Assembly: GCA_002269645.1 (NCBI GenBank)
Contig: NIVC01003500.1
Span: 30,703 to 94,702 of the forward strand
Reading direction: 5' to 3'
DNA: 64,000 bases
Source of the DNA: Macrostomum lignano
Lineage: Eukaryota
The position numbers were made by a program, and so were the translations under genes. The notes below the pieces were generated by a model that did not search any database, was not told the origin of the DNA, and saw only the letters and a list, made by a program, of their open reading frames with translations. Shown here in pieces: positions 21,856 to 33,892 of this stretch. How positions within the stretch are numbered: the first letter of the stretch is position 1; the number at the start of each line of letters is the position of its first letter.

Positions 21856-23230
21856 ATCTTATGTTACCGTGGCGCTGGAGACCCCATTGGGCGGCGTCAA
21901 CCCTCCGTCTATAGCGACGCGTCGGCCGTTTAGGGATAAGCGGATCGGGGCGCCCACGCCTTCCTGCCATGCAGCTTGAAGTCAAAGTAAGTCAAGCATG
22001 GTATACCGTGGCCTTAGCGCCAGTTTCAGCCTGTATTTTGTGTTGACTTTGTCCGTGCGTGGGGGAATTGCGATATTGAACTTATTGCCGCTGACGCTGA
22101 GTTTATAGCAGAGCTCTCCCTTTCAATCCTAAACTCTCAATTATCTTTATTTCTCCCACTCTATATCTTTCTCATCACTGCGCTTGTGTCTATCTATTGG
22201 TCTCTCATGCACACAAAAGTATCTTTAGACCTCGAGTTGGGAACTTCAGAAAAGCTCCGTGAAGTTGAGCAACTATTGAACCCTGCGATAGGCATAATCT
22301 GGGCCGCAGTCTGCCGGTGCACGCGAGCATACTGCTGCAAATTGTTGCGCTTTCCAGAGTGACAGCGGCTCACTGTATAATAGGCCAAAGGCAAGGCAAG
22401 TGGCTACATGCTTTCCCCGCCTGCAGGCTTCTCCTGGTCAAAGCCTGCGGGCTCGCGAGTCTGCCTTGGAAAAAAGAAAGGAACTGGGAGAAGCTTTGAA
22501 TTCTCTCTGCTTTTGTAACTGAAACTTTAGGACTGCAAAAGCTAAATTCAAGAGTCAGGTCGTCTCCTGGCAACACAGGTGAGCTACACCTTTATTCCCT
22601 TTGCCGAGTGGGAACTCCTCCCATGGTGCAAGCAGGTGTTCTTTGTTTTCAACTTCAAAGATAAGGGCCTAGCCCAAGATTCAGGACAGCAGCAGTAAGT
22701 CAGGCAGCCTGCTGCTTAGTGTTACAGTTTCTCATGTGCTAGTGCACAGTTCATGCATCCCAGTCTGTACGACATCTTCGTAATGCATTCGCGAACTTAT
22801 AAGCTTGCGAGTAGTTAGTCTCGCATCAAAACCGTACTTGTAGTGGCTTCAGTGTCACCTTTTTTCAATTCATACATGCAACCAAAACACACCGACAAAC
22901 TGAAGCCACTTCATATAATAAGGATTAAATATGCATTAGAGCATTAATCCGGTTATTAACCAAGCCAAGACATAGGCACAGCCTCTGAGCCCCATCAGCG
23001 CCGCGATTCGCCAGAACCGCGACCGCCAATGCCCAGTCACTTGGTCTCCAGGAGAGGCCTGCGCGCACCAACTACTGATGCTCTCCTGTCACAGATCCGT
23101 GCAGACAAAAAGCATCGGCTGCTATAGAAATTTTGCGCTTCTATCGCAATTTCTCAAAATCGATTTGAGCAGAGGCCAACCGACAACCATCAGCACTTCG
23201 TCCAATTTTCCACTGCGAAGTGAAGACCTG

Positions 23231-23728
23231 ATGCGGCTGTGCAGAGTGGTTTTCAGCAGCGAGTGCCTGCTGTGCGCGCTGCTCGTTGCTGCGCTCGCCT
23301 CGTGCGGCAGCTGCAGAGGTCAGCAAGAGGTCAAGGCCGCCGTAGACGGAGAGGCTTCGCACAGCCAAGAGCATGGTGGGCTCCAAGAGAAGCGGTTCAA
23401 CGGCGGAATGTTCGGCAAGCGGTTCAACGGCGGAATGTTCGGCAAGCGGTTCAACGGCGGAATGTTCGGCAAGCGGTTCAACGGCGGAATGTTCGGCAAG
23501 CGGTTCAACGGCGGAATGTTCGGCAAGCGGTTCAACGGCGGAATGTTCGGCAAGCGATTCAACGGCGGAATGTTCGGCAAGCGGTTCAACGGCGGAATGT
23601 TCGGCAAGCGGTTCAATGGAGGAATGTTCGGCAAGCGGTTCAACGGTGGAATGTTCGGCAAACGCTTTAATGGAGGAATGTTCGGCAAGCGGTTCAACGG
23701 CGAAATGTTCGGCAAGCGTTCAAGATAA
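23231..23728 (+). CDS. Prepro-neuropeptide encoding 11x FNGGMF-amide and 1x FNGEMF-amide; single exon, 165 aa
   Basis: ATG at 23231, hydrophobic signal peptide (CLLCALLVAALASCGSCRG), acidic spacer, then 12 x 27-nt units (23396-23719) of KR-FNGGMF-G-KR. Dibasic cleavage sites and amidation glycines are established neuropeptide hallmarks. Between-copy substitutions are almost all synonymous. Confidence 0.92.
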   Translation: MRLCRVVFSSECLLCALLVAALASCGSCRGQQEVKAAVDGEASHSQEHGGLQEKRFNGGMFGKRFNGGMFGKRFNGGMFGKRFNGGMFGKRFNGGMFGKRFNGGMFGKRFNGGMFGKRFNGGMFGKRFNGGMFGKRFNGGMFGKRFNGGMFGKRFNGEMFGKRSR

Positions 23729-25729
23729 AGAGTTTGCCGGACGCCTCCGACGGCTCCAGTCTGTCCGAGCTGGTTGCGCAGCACCGGTCGATGTAACTAA
23801 GAGCAAAGTACCGAAAGTTCAAGCAAAATTGGAAAAAAATGAAACTGTCTGTCACATTGCAACCTAAATAGCCCCCCCCCCCCAACTGCTAAGCCATGTG
23901 AAACAAGTTGCGCAGGTCAGTTTCGGCTCACCTTCACGCCTCGATGGTCAAAATTTTGCCAACCCGAGGCTCTGCGAATCCACACTATCGAACAGCTCGA
24001 GTTTGTCTTTAATTATTTTTTGAACTAAGTGAGCTCGTGGATGCAAAGCAATCAAGTTTAGGCATTTCCAATAACGTTCGATTACTTTCTCAAAGACCTT
24101 GCGTTCGGCACTGATTGCTGCAGACTACCAAAGTCAAACCTGCTCTTGTCTTTTAAACGTTATCAAAGGAATTATTTAGTAGCCCTGCTAATTGCTCCAA
24201 CTTCCACTGTCACTCATTAGCAGCCCGATGGACTCATGCAGGGATAAAAAGACAGAAAATGCCCGGATAACTGCGCGTCGAAAGCTCGCGAGACCATTGC
24301 CGCATCCATAGTTTTGGGGCTTCCTTAGCCGGTCGATGCGAGAGGAGCTCCGACCTCACAGCTTTTCTTTGAGTGCAGCTTTTCTCTCTCTAATCTACTT
24401 CGCCCTCACGTTTCAGAACGGCTGGTCCCATGGGGGTGGGGTTGGGCACTCAGATCTGATCATGGAGCGACTGCATACTCGCTTGGCCAAGGCCCAACCA
24501 ACCGTATTAGCCACATGCACATGCAGCATTGTTTTAGCTAACTTCTGCGTGATAAAATGGCGCTTGTTGGTTGATTAATAAGCATGAGAGATGTCAGAGC
24601 TCCAGACAGACGCGTAAGATCCATCCGGGATGAAATAGATTAGGACGCTAAAAATGTCTGCACTTTTTGCTGTGCCATGACAACTGGCGTTTCTTATGGA
24701 ACCATTCCAAGTGGCTAGGTGGCAGATTCCCCGAGGTAGATAAGTGCCAGATTCCCAAAGTAAATATAATCAGCAACAGTCAAAATTTCCACCCTCCAAG
24801 CGAGATGAAAACGAGATGAAAGAGTGCGCAGCTGTAGCTGTTCTTTCGGTTGACTAACAGCATCGGTTTGGTGTGGCGGCACGTTGTCATCCTGGACCAT
24901 TAAGCAGACCCAAACCACCTCCAAGCGGCAATAAGCTTTGCGCGTGCCGTAAGTTGCGTCACTCGCGATAAGTGAAAAAATCATCTCGCTTAGTGGGTGG
25001 AACCTTTTGACTGTTGCTGAGTATTAGTGGCAGATTCTCTATGCAGACAAGTGGCAGATTCACATTGCCACTAACAGGACAAGGCAGTGAGGCCACAATT
25101 CTGTCTGCAATTGGGACCAGGTGTCTCGGAAACAAACCGAAAGCCAAGGAGTTGCGACTCAAACTAATCTGATTAATCGATAAAAGCATCGAAGCAGAGC
25201 GATCCAAATCGGTTCTTGGCACCTCTTTCAGGCGTCTTTCATTATCTTTGAAAGCTCAGGAAACCGACAACCAGCTGAGACCGGGAGCGAAGGAAAGGCG
25301 CAGCACTCGAGCTTCTGTTGAATTAAGCAACAAAATCTCGAAAACACCGCAGGCTGTTTGATGAGGCAGTTACAACAGGTGCCGAGTGAAACTGTAATAG
25401 ACTTGAAAATGCAACGCGTTTATTATTAAATTGTATTTATAATGACAGCGCTGTCTGATTGAAAATCAATAACAAAAAACGAGACTCGCGAGAGCTGTTG
25501 ACAAGGTCAGTGAAACCGTTTAATCCATACTGATGAATCTGCTAAATATCAAGAGCGAAAAAACAGAAAACGCGCAATACTCTACTTATAGACAAAAAAT
25601 AGCTAGCTACATCTGTTTTACACTGTTAATCAAATAAACCAATTGGAATCGCGGACCTCTGGAGAGCTTCCCTGGACTGGACTGGGAAGGGAGCCGAAAT
25701 ACAAGCAAAGCGGAAGGGCAAGGAAACCA

Positions 25730-25880
25730 CGCCGAATTGAACCTGGGACGCACTCAAACAGGGTCCAAAAGCTAGTGGAATCGAACCTAGGACGCACTCA
25801 GACAGGGTCCAAAAGCTTGCAGAATCGAACCTAGGACGCACTCAGACAGGGTGCAAAAGCGAGCGGAATCGAACCCCGGA
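25730..25880 (-). repeat. 44-bp tandem repeat with tRNA B-box/T-loop-like GGTTCGATTC on the minus strand
   Basis: GAAT(C/T)GAACC at 25734, 25778, 25822, 25866. Unit CTGAGTGCGTCCTAGGTTCGATTC... on the minus strand. Confidence 0.7.
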
Positions 25881-25969
25881 ACCATGTCATGATATTTCTA
25901 AATTCATTACAGAAAGCCCCCAGTCCAGTCCAGGCAGATTCCAAGGGTCCATGATTCGAAGCCTCCTGC

Positions 25970-27458
25970 TCAGACCTGGGTGACCCGGCAGCCGCGCTGC
26001 GGTCCCTGCGAGATGCTCCTGGAATTCCTGGAATACTGAGCACGCATGCCGCGACCCACCGCCATCCTGACGCTGTCCGACTCGCCCAGCTGGTCGCCAT
26101 CGCCGGCGTCGAACGCCGGGTTGTCATGGCAACGGTTGCTAGCGTCCTGGGACTCCTGGTGCTCCAACGAGCAGGGATAATCTGAGGACTCGACAATGGC
26201 CATGCGGCCGAGGCTGATGGTGGCCACGGCGAGCTCGTAAGGCGGGGGCGGCGGCTGCTGTTGAAGCCAGGAGCGATGAAGCTGCTCGGCCGAGAGCCTG
26301 GAGCCCAGCTTCCACTGCTCTGGCTGGGCAGCGGCGGCGCTGGCCGTCACGCAGTCCGCGTAGCTTGGCGGCGGCTCCGAGCGATGGCGGCGCCGAATTT
26401 GGCGCCGTTTCAATCGGCGCCGCCTGGCGCAGACTCCGATGAAGACAACGGCCGTGGCAGTTGCCATGGCAACTAGGAGAGTGGGCAGGATGACGCCGAG
26501 CAGTACAGAGTTGCTGCTGGAGCCGGCGGTGTCGGTCGGGTTGCCAGAGTCTTTCTGGCTGTCCAGCTGCAGGTACAGCACGGTGCCGCCGGTGCCACAG
26601 TACAGCAGCTGCGGGTTCGGGTGGTGCGGGGGGGGCTTTGTGTCCACTAGGATGGACAAAATGTGTCTTAATTGGAAGCTTTGTATCCACTAGGATGGAC
26701 AAAATGTGTCTTAATTGGAAGCTTTGTGTCCACTAGGATGGACAAAATGAGTCTTAATTCAATTGGAAACTTGGAGACAAAGACAAAGACCCAATAACAA
26801 AGCGTTCCCTTACAACGCAGATTGGGTCTTATTAACTGTTTTCCACTCTCTCAAATCTCCCAGGGCACTAAAAACAGGGACACACAGCCAAGCCTGTCAC
26901 CACCTGCAGAAAGTCAGTCTCGCCCAGCGACAGGCCTGCTGGATTGCTGGCTGGCGGCGGCTCCAGCAGGGCGCCGCTCTCGTGCCTGCCGGTGGCCACC
27001 ACGAGGGTGTTGCAGTGCGGCTGCTTGGGCAGGCACAGCCACCGGTACAGGTCGATGTAGCAGGCGGAGGCGGGGCTGGGGTGGCCCAGGGTTCGCCGCC
27101 AGGCTAGCACGCGGCGGGCGGCTCCGGGCAGGACGGTGAGGCCGCACTGGCTGACCGGCGGCTCCCAGGTGACGCTGGCCCAGTCGAGGCCCTCTAGAGA
27201 CAGGGTCTGGCCGCAGGTGCGCAGCATGTAGTCCCGGCCGAGGCCGGAGGGAGCAGCCGAGGCGGCGGCCACCTGCTGGGACCAGCGGGACGCCAGGTCA
27301 GCTGCGAGCAGCAGCAGCAGCAACTGCAGGGCAGCCGCCGATGCGCGCATGCCGATTGCCATGGCAGCGGCCGCCGCCACCTCCGGGGACATTGGCAGGG
27401 AGGCCGCGGGCTGCGAGGTTGAGAAGAGCAGCGAAACACCAGATGGAGGTGAAGGCAT
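25970..27458 (-). CDS. Orphan type I single-pass membrane protein with Cys-containing (CUB-like?) ectodomain and cytoplasmic PPxY motifs; 2 exons
   Basis: Exons 27458-26904 and 26608-25970 (CAG|GTGGTG donor, C-rich CCGCAG acceptor, phase 0). Start could be Met at 27458, 27392, 27362 or 27350. Signal peptide ALQLLLLLLAADLA, several Cys, TM VLLGVILPTLLVAMATATAVVFIGVCA, basic stop-transfer RRRRLKRR, PPSY, PPPY, DNPAF, C-terminus TQV. Confidence 0.75.
26636..26762. repeat. 43-bp repeat, ~3 copies, in the intron of the membrane-protein gene
   Basis: CCACTAGGATGGACAAAATGTGTCTTAATTGGAAGCTTTGT repeated. Confidence 0.85.
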
Positions 27459-30300
27459 TTTGCCGACTGCCGTGGCTGCAGTTGAAGGTTGAAATAAGCT
27501 GCAGTGCTCTATTTAAAGTAGTCTACTAGTGCTGCACGAATGCTATGCTATTGCCAAATTGATGGCATTGCTATAGGGTGTCCATTAGCCCCTACACTTG
27601 CTGATCATTGCATGTAGACTCATCTAAATAGAGCATAAGCTCAGATTACTATGATCAGTGCCATGTCTATTCATTCTCTCCTTCAATTTTATATTTATAC
27701 TTGTTTTAAAACTGTTTTGACCTGTTTTTGGGCTATAAATAGGCCTAAAACTTGTTTTCTTAAATATACTGGTGTGTTAATATCATTTGGATTGAATTGA
27801 GACTGACAATGTCTATGATAAACAAAATGCATTGGCAACAAATAAAATTTTAATAGGGGGGCTATATATACTTCTACTGGTATTTCTTTTTTTTATTTGT
27901 TAGATGTAAGATAAGTTACATTCCCATTTTAACTAAATTATTATGTTTAGTAATAATGTCTATTTGTCTATGTCTAATGTCTATGCCATAATTTACCTAT
28001 GAGTATGAGGCTATGACTTTATGATAAAGATTGAAATGAATAATAAGGCAATATCTTTTTACAATAATAATTAGCTTTTTTATTATATTAATATAGTAGT
28101 AGACTTCATAAATATTTGTTTACTTCCATAGTCCAGATCATGGCAGGCATATACCAGAATGAAAACTCATGTGTTTTTAATTTTACACTAACACTAATGT
28201 TTGAAAAACATTAATTAAACACTAAACATTAAAAACATTAAACATTAAAACTTGCAAGCATTGATCTTGTTGGCTGCTGCATAGAATATCAGGCAATGTC
28301 TATCTAAAACATGTATTGGAAAACTTTGACCTCTGCCTCTCTTATGTTTCTTAGATCTTTCGAAACTTCTATCTTCTCTTCTGTTTCCTTTTTTTCTCTT
28401 ATCTTTTGTCTCTCCTATCATCTCTCTTCTCTTCTTTCTCCCCTTTTTTCTTCTCTTCCCAACCTCTCTTCTCTCTTGTCTTTGCTCTCTCATCTCTTTC
28501 AATGTAAAATTAAAAAAAATTACACTAAGCCCAGAGTTGCTTGTATACCATTTTTTTAAAGAACTGTAAGAGACACTATTTTGCCTATCATTTTTACGTA
28601 CACTAAATATGACTATTTTTCTAAATTGCTAAAAACATCTCTGTGCCTGCATAAATAAATATTTTATACCATTAATAGTAAATTTTAGTATTGATTAGCA
28701 GCCTACAATATAATCTAGCGTTTTTATTAGTTTAAATGCGTACGCCATATTGATTATGTTTTATATATAAGCGAGAGAATAAATTGCCTTCGCCAGCCTG
28801 GCTATAATTAAGGCTTTTCTTTGTGGTTGTACCCAAACATTGTTCTAAAAATAGACTTGTCTTAGTCATTTAAAGGCACTCCGCCTTCCCTCTCTTGTGA
28901 GGCTTGTATAGCTAGAAGTGTTCAACACTTCCTTTCCCCCCATTCCCCACTCCCTGGGATGTTCAGTCCTACCCCGAGTGATTGCCTCCCCCCTTTCCCA
29001 GCAGAACTGGTGCCCACCTCTTTTGCCCCTCCCCCCTTTTAGTGGACAGTCTGTCTGCTCAGGTGTACAGCCTTATTCCCTCAGATGTATAGTCTGCCCT
29101 AACATCCCCGCTCTTGACCCTTCCTAGTAGAAATCTCCCATATTCATTAGGTGGATTGCCTTCTTACCATATTCTATATTAGATGGTCAGTCTACTTGAG
29201 CCAGCATTCCCTATTAGTGTTTAGAAATTCCCCATTAGTGCACTTTCCTAGGCAACTCTGATCTACTGCAAAGCCTTTAATTCCCTTCTCCCATCTATAT
29301 TTCCCAGATTGAGAAGGAAATTGTGTCTTGCCACTTGAACACACCCATGCTCCAGGAATACTCCTTTCAATAGGCTATTCCAAACAATTCCTCCCAAATC
29401 CCCCAGTCCCGATTTAATTTTCCAACCCTTAGTATAGTTTTGGTGATTCCCAGTGAATAGTAAAAAACCCCTGTAACAGTTTTGGTGATTCCCAGTGAAC
29501 AGTAAAAGACCACTGTAACAGTTTTAGTTGCAGGGAAGACAAGTAGAAGGTGTTCTATGACAGAACATATACCATGGCAGTATTTTGCTAAAAACAGATA
29601 TTCTTTGTTTCAATTTTGTTTTTCTTATAAATTTTGTTAATATTTTTTATTATAGTTTCTAATTAGTTTTTAAAGAGCTTTTTTGGTTGAAATTTAATAA
29701 CACAATTACATTAGCCCTGACATTGCCATTTTTATATATGCTAACTATGTATACTTCATATTGAACCTGAAAATTCTATACGCCAAGTGTATACCAAGAT
29801 TGTCAGCAAGAGCAAAAATATGCCAGAATTTTTTTGTATAAAGCCCACCTTCTATATTATGGGTTAACTTCTTATAATAGGGCCTATTTCTTAGAAAAAC
29901 TTCATTTAGATTTATATAAAACATTTTTCTATTTTGGTTAGGCCTAGCTATAATAAATTGTAAAAATATTTAACAAATAATATTTGTTATTATCACATTT
30001 TAATAGTATAGATAGAAGGCTAAAAGGGCCAAGAAAATCAACTTGCCAACTCACTACTTGCTCAAGTAATCAAGAACAACAAAACAGCCTTTATACTCTA
30101 GAAACATGAAAAGCAAATGAGGCATGCAAAAATAAATAGAAAACAAGAATAGAATATCGGCTGGTTTTAATTTAACCAGCCAATAGGCCTACCCAAGACT
30201 GAGAGAAAGATTCCCTTAAAGGATAAAGGAGAAGGATAGAAAATGCCATCATTAGTTGGCATTACTTAGGCTAGAAATTAGGCCTAGGCTAGATATGCTG

Positions 30301-31164
30301 CAGTGTTGGGCACCAGTCCGTTAATAAGCGTTAATAAGCGTTAAGATTTTTCATTAACGTTAACGGACTGTCGTTAAGATTTTTTGAACTAACGGATTAA
30401 CGAATTTGCGTTAAAAATTTTGTGAATTAACGATAAATTCATCGTTAACGGTAGTGTCTATGTCAATGACCAAAGACGCAAAGAAGGAACGAAAAATAGA
30501 AGTCTTACAAGAAGTTTAAACATTACGAACGTATTTGAGCTACCTATATGCCTAAATATAATCTCTTTATTTATGACGATGATCATACAGACTTAAGTTG
30601 TAATTAACAACTTCTTACAAATAAACTTTAAAATAATGAATTAAAATAGTGTGAAACTTCATTTCTTGCGCGTGAGCATCGATCGCTTTGATTCACTTCT
30701 GTCCCTATCTTTCGAAACTTTCTGCTGCGCCTGCTAATGGTTACTGAAACAACCTTCCTATGCGTATTTAATTATGAATTTCTCGCTATTAGCTTTTAAG
30801 TTTCAAATAAAATAAGTTACTTTTTTTACCATATGCTTTACTTTTAGTAGTATTATGCATGCAAGTTTTTAAAATGATTATTTATTACTCTTTTAGCTTT
30901 CAAATTGCTTTGATGACCTCTGTGTTTCGCTAAAAAGATGGAATAGCAAAGACGTTCAATACGAAGTCTGTTTTGGAAAAAACGTGCAAGATTTCCGTAT
31001 TTTCTGTGTTAACTTTAACGGATTAACGCTTATTAACGATTATCAGTTAACTTTCAGTTAACTTAACGAAATTAGGAGTTAAAAAGTTAAGATTTTTTTG
31101 TTTTAACGCTAACGCTTTTGCTATTAACAGAAGTTAAGATTTTCATTAACGGTGCCCAACACTG
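30301..31164. mobile_element. Non-autonomous hAT-type DNA transposon (MITE), 864 bp
   Basis: 14-bp perfect TIRs CAGTGTTGGGCACC (30301-30314) / GGTGCCCAACACTG (31151-31164). Perfect 8-bp TSD ATATGCTG (30293-30300 and 31165-31172). Many subterminal CGTTAA/TTAACG motifs. An 8-bp TSD is diagnostic of hAT (or P) elements. Confidence 0.9.
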
Positions 31165-32469
31165 ATATGCTGCCACTACCAGTATAGAAGTAGATCATTT
31201 TAATAAATTAGCTACTAGGCCTAACTTAAATTAGCTATTAGGCCTATTGGCATGGCATTGGCATAGGCCATCTTATTTAAATTTAATTAAAAGAACTAAA
31301 ATTTAAATTTATTAAATATTGAACCTAAAATATTGTATTCTTTTAAAATAAATACAATTTATTATAAAATAAAATTCATATTAAAAAAAATATTTTACTA
31401 ATTAAATTTAATAATAGAAACTACGAAAGTAGTAAGTCATAAAAAGTAAAATTCAATTTAGAAATTCTGCAAAAATGCCAATAATGGCAATGCGCTTTTG
31501 ATAATTATGCCATAGATGTATAAAATAGTGAGTATGCGTAGGCCTAGCGCCGCCTAGGGCCAATAAATGATTTTGATTTTGATTTTGGCCTAGGGCCACT
31601 AGAATAAACAAGCGAATAATTTCGCGATACAAACTACGTAGTTTCAACTAGTTTGTAATCTTGGAGCGTTATATAAGGATCGACCGACCGTAATTTTTTT
31701 CGTGCGTGATTGGAACTACACCGTGCGTGAAACCGTGCGTGACCGTGAATTTTTTTATAACTTACATTTAATTTAAACATAGACCTATTATTATTAATAG
31801 AAACAAGTCTAGTCATCTTTATTGATTTTAAGCTTTGTTTTATCATGTTCATGGTTTAACCGTATTTTATTACGTGGCTTTGTTACATCTGCGTTGATTT
31901 GTTGCAATTTTGGTTTGCTTAGGGCCTTTGGTTGTGCTACACTCAGGGACTACTTAAACTAGGGACGGGAAACTGGCCATATCATGCAGAAAGTAGTTGG
32001 AGGCTTGGTGTTTTCTAGTGCTCCCTAGAATTTATAATTGAACGTAGAAAGCTGGTTTTTTTCTAGTTGCTCCCTAGAATTTATAATTTAACGTAGAAAT
32101 CTGGTTTCTTGGCCATCCTGTACAGAATTTACCCCTCTACAAGATGCACTACTTAGTTTTTTTTCGATCTTTATTTTGAGAGGAGCGTTGAGCTTTCTTG
32201 TACAGGACCCCCCTTTTTTCTAGAGAATTTAACATAGCAAACGCCTTATTGAAATGTCTAGGGTTTCTGCACAAGCATAATCGCTATATTCAGTTAAGCT
32301 TGTAGCCGCTTCTGCTGCGTCGTTTAAAAATTAGCCTCGAATAACTGAATAAAGAATAAAATTTTTCTTGTCATTATACTCTGAAAGCTGCTCTGTAATT
32401 ACTCTGAAACCGAGCCACACGAATTCGGGGGGGGGGGGGTAACAATGGAAAAAGAACAAAGGGAAAGCA

Positions 32470-32960
32470 CTAGGGATGCTGCGAATGACCTCAACCTTGC
32501 TGGGGTCCGGTGCAATACCCTGCTCGCTGATCAGGTGTCCCAGGTACAGCACCCGGCGATGGCCGAACACGCTCTTCGCATTGTGCAGTTTGCATGAGAC
32601 CCGCATCTTGCAGCCGTTAAAAAACGCGCTCAAGTCTCACCAGATGCTCGTCAGAGGTCCTGTTGAAGACAATGATGTCGTCGATGTAAGTCAGCGCGGA
32701 GTCCCAGGACAGACCGGGCATCACCAGCTCCATCAGCCGCTGGAACGTTGCTGGGCATTGAGAATTCCAAAGCCCGTCTTGCGGAACTGCGTCAGGCCGC
32801 AGGTCGAATAGAAGACAGTTTTAAACCGGTCCTCTTCCGCCAACTCCACCTGGTGGTAGCCCTGCCGACAGTCGATGGTGGAAAACCAGGAGCACCCGAC
32901 CAAAGCAATTCATGCTTGCTGCATGTGCGGCAGCGGGTACGCGTCTTTGACCGTGCAGGG
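32470..32960 (-). pseudogene. Ty3/Gypsy reverse transcriptase remnant
   Basis: Minus strand, with stops and a frameshift: TVKDAYPLPH..WFSTIDCRQGYHQVELAEEDRFKTVF...FG..NA/PATFQRLME......TYIDDIIVF...EHL..LERVF*RL..AGL...VLYLGHLISEQGIAPDPSKVEVI. Confidence 0.88.
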
Positions 32961-33155
32961 CACCGTGCCCTCAGCATTCGCGAGTTGTTAGGTTGAAATC
33001 CGAGTAACAGGCAGGTGCAGTTGGGAAAGCTCGATTCAGGATATGGGCCTCCCACAGTCACCTGCCCAGAGGGCTCAAAGCCTCCGTTGGAGAAAAATGT
33101 TGGAGAAAAAAAAATGGAGAAAAAAGAGATGCCGACTTCCACGAACAAATTCGGG

Positions 33156-33892
33156 TCAAACGAGCTCGTTTCCGGTGGGGTTTGGCTCGAAACGACTCTG
33201 TGAAAGTATGGCCACTTGAAGGTGGATGCTCCCAGAAGACGACTCCATTCTTCTCGGTGGTGCCGTCGTAGCTGCAAAGAATTGCTTCGTGCTTGATCTC
33301 CCGCTTGAGCCTGACGAGCCACAGAGTCCCTGCTGCAGGTTCGCGAGCTCCACGTTCTCCAGCCACATCTTGGACGACACTCCGTCGAGCTTGGCTCCCT
33401 CGCTGCTCCACTCCACATTCTCTGACATCCACTGCTGCGTCTGGCCGCACACCAAGTTGCTCCTGCTGGCGTCCACATCGTCGCTCATCATCCAGGCGGC
33501 CATCAGCTTCGAGCCCACACCCAGCATGAGCTTCCTGCTCAAGGTGGGGAACTTGGCGGCTCTGTCATTGGCGAATGCGGCACAGCGGCGGGGCTGCGAG
33601 CTCTCTGCAGCAGCGAGTCCTTCGATGAGGTGGCACACTGCGATGTACTGGAAGAGCGAGCACTGGCGAGTGTCCGAGTCGAACTGGGCCACCTGCAGGC
33701 CGCTCGAGCCAGCCTCCATGAGGCACTCGTGATGATCCTCTCGGAGTCTGGGCCGTCCGCACTGTCAGATTCTCAGCCAGGCACTGCGGGCTGCTCAGGC
33801 GGTGCCGACAGGCTCTCGCAGTGGACTAGCTGGGCCAGGCAGGCCGCTGCGAGCAGAACGGAGACTGGAGTAGCGATGAAGCTGGTTGCCAT
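33156..33892 (-). pseudogene. Probable disrupted gene for a secreted protein (signal peptide plus PAN/apple-like Cys motif)
   Basis: ATG at 33892 gives MATSFIATPVSVLLAAACLAQLVHC (signal peptide) but hits TGA at 33773-33775. A different frame continues CGRPRLREDHHECLMEAG..VAQFDSDTRQCSLF. GC-rich, coding-like sequence. Domain assignment is tentative. Confidence 0.35.

Noticed and set aside
33226-33732. 168-aa plus-strand ORF
   Set aside because: Antisense to the minus-strand signal-peptide gene remnant; no recognisable features.
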